IMG/VR virus record: IMGVR_UViG_3300036466_000273
Span: 22,108-86,107 of that record
Length of the DNA stretch: 64,000 bases
Origin: a virus
Direction: 5' to 3' (one strand)
Of the stretch, positions 63,518 through 64,000 are shown in pieces. Each line of letters opens with the position of its first letter. The first letter of the stretch is position 1. The position numbers and the translations under genes are program-made. Under the pieces are notes generated by a model that was not told where the DNA came from, made no database searches, and saw only the letters and a program-made list of their open reading frames with translations.

Positions 63518-63732
63518 TGGCTACTTTCTGGTATGATATTTGTAATGACTACACCCTGCAAATTCGCATGGACCAAAATGACCCAGCTGACCTCCATGAG
63601 TACACTACTGAAGAGCGTGCAACTCTTGAGGATGACTACTCCCTAACTATATTTGTTGATGATGATGAGGAAGAAGTGTATCTGCTCTCAAGTTCCCCCG
63701 ACCTGCATGGAGATAATTTGTTTAGCGTGTAG
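63517..63732 (+). CDS. Acidic hypothetical protein
   Basis: TAATG overlap, SD AAGGAG. Confidence 0.7.
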   Translation: MATFWYDICNDYTLQIRMDQNDPADLHEYTTEERATLEDDYSLTIFVDDDEEEVYLLSSSPDLHGDNLFSV

Positions 63733-64000
63733 ATGTTAGTAAAATTTAGTACGAATGTTAGTAAAATTTAGTACGAATGTTAGTAAAATTTAGTACGAAT
63801 GTTAATAAAATTTAGTACGAATGTTAGTAAAATTTAGTACGAATGTTAGTAAAATTTAGTACGAGAGGAGGGGAAATTTAGTACGAATGTTAGTAAAATT
63901 TAGTACGAATGTTAGTAAAATTTAGTACGAATGTTAGTAAAATTTAGTACGAATGTTAGTAAAATTTAGTACGAATGTTAGTAAAATTTAGTACGAATGT
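63733..64000. repeat. 22-bp tandem repeat, at least 12 units, running off the window
   Basis: Unit GAATGTTAGTAAAATTTAGTAC; one point variant and one purine-substituted unit. Confidence 0.97.

Noticed and set aside
63733-64000. CRISPR array
   Set aside because: Units are directly tandem with no unique spacers, and no cas genes are present

Overview
This window is 64 kb of a lytic T5-like siphovirus (Demerecviridae-like gene order), AT-rich and read with the standard genetic code. The plus strand (1-27 kb) carries early genes: DUF5664, thyX, Hsp20, D2/D3, 13 tRNAs plus one tRNA-like RNA, a split NAD+ ligase, D5, D6 helicase, primase, family A DNA polymerase, PIN-PhoH, D10-D15, dUTPase and a ribonucleotide reductase. 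The minus strand (27-58.7 kb) is the late module: terminases, portal, fused protease-capsid, T5-like neck and tail, a tape measure protein joined to a non-T5 tail tip, and two tail-fibre loci. The region 58.7-64 kb looks like the terminal-repeat/pre-early region. The most notable observations are: (i) a 1.2-kb non-coding control region with four helically phased IHF-type boxes, three canonical sigma54 (-24/-12) sites within 60 bp and phased TAACATTA boxes, lying between two divergent A2-like paralogues; (ii) a homing-endonuclease-like gene split by a ~4.8-kb foreign tail-fibre cassette, followed by orphan 3' ends of fibre-chaperone genes, one of which is homologous to a fragment that truncates the holin 23 kb away; (iii) atypical tRNAs and two candidate ncRNAs; (iv) a small gene suggesting a Desulfuromonadales host. 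All family assignments come from motif recognition and synteny by eye; no searches were run.
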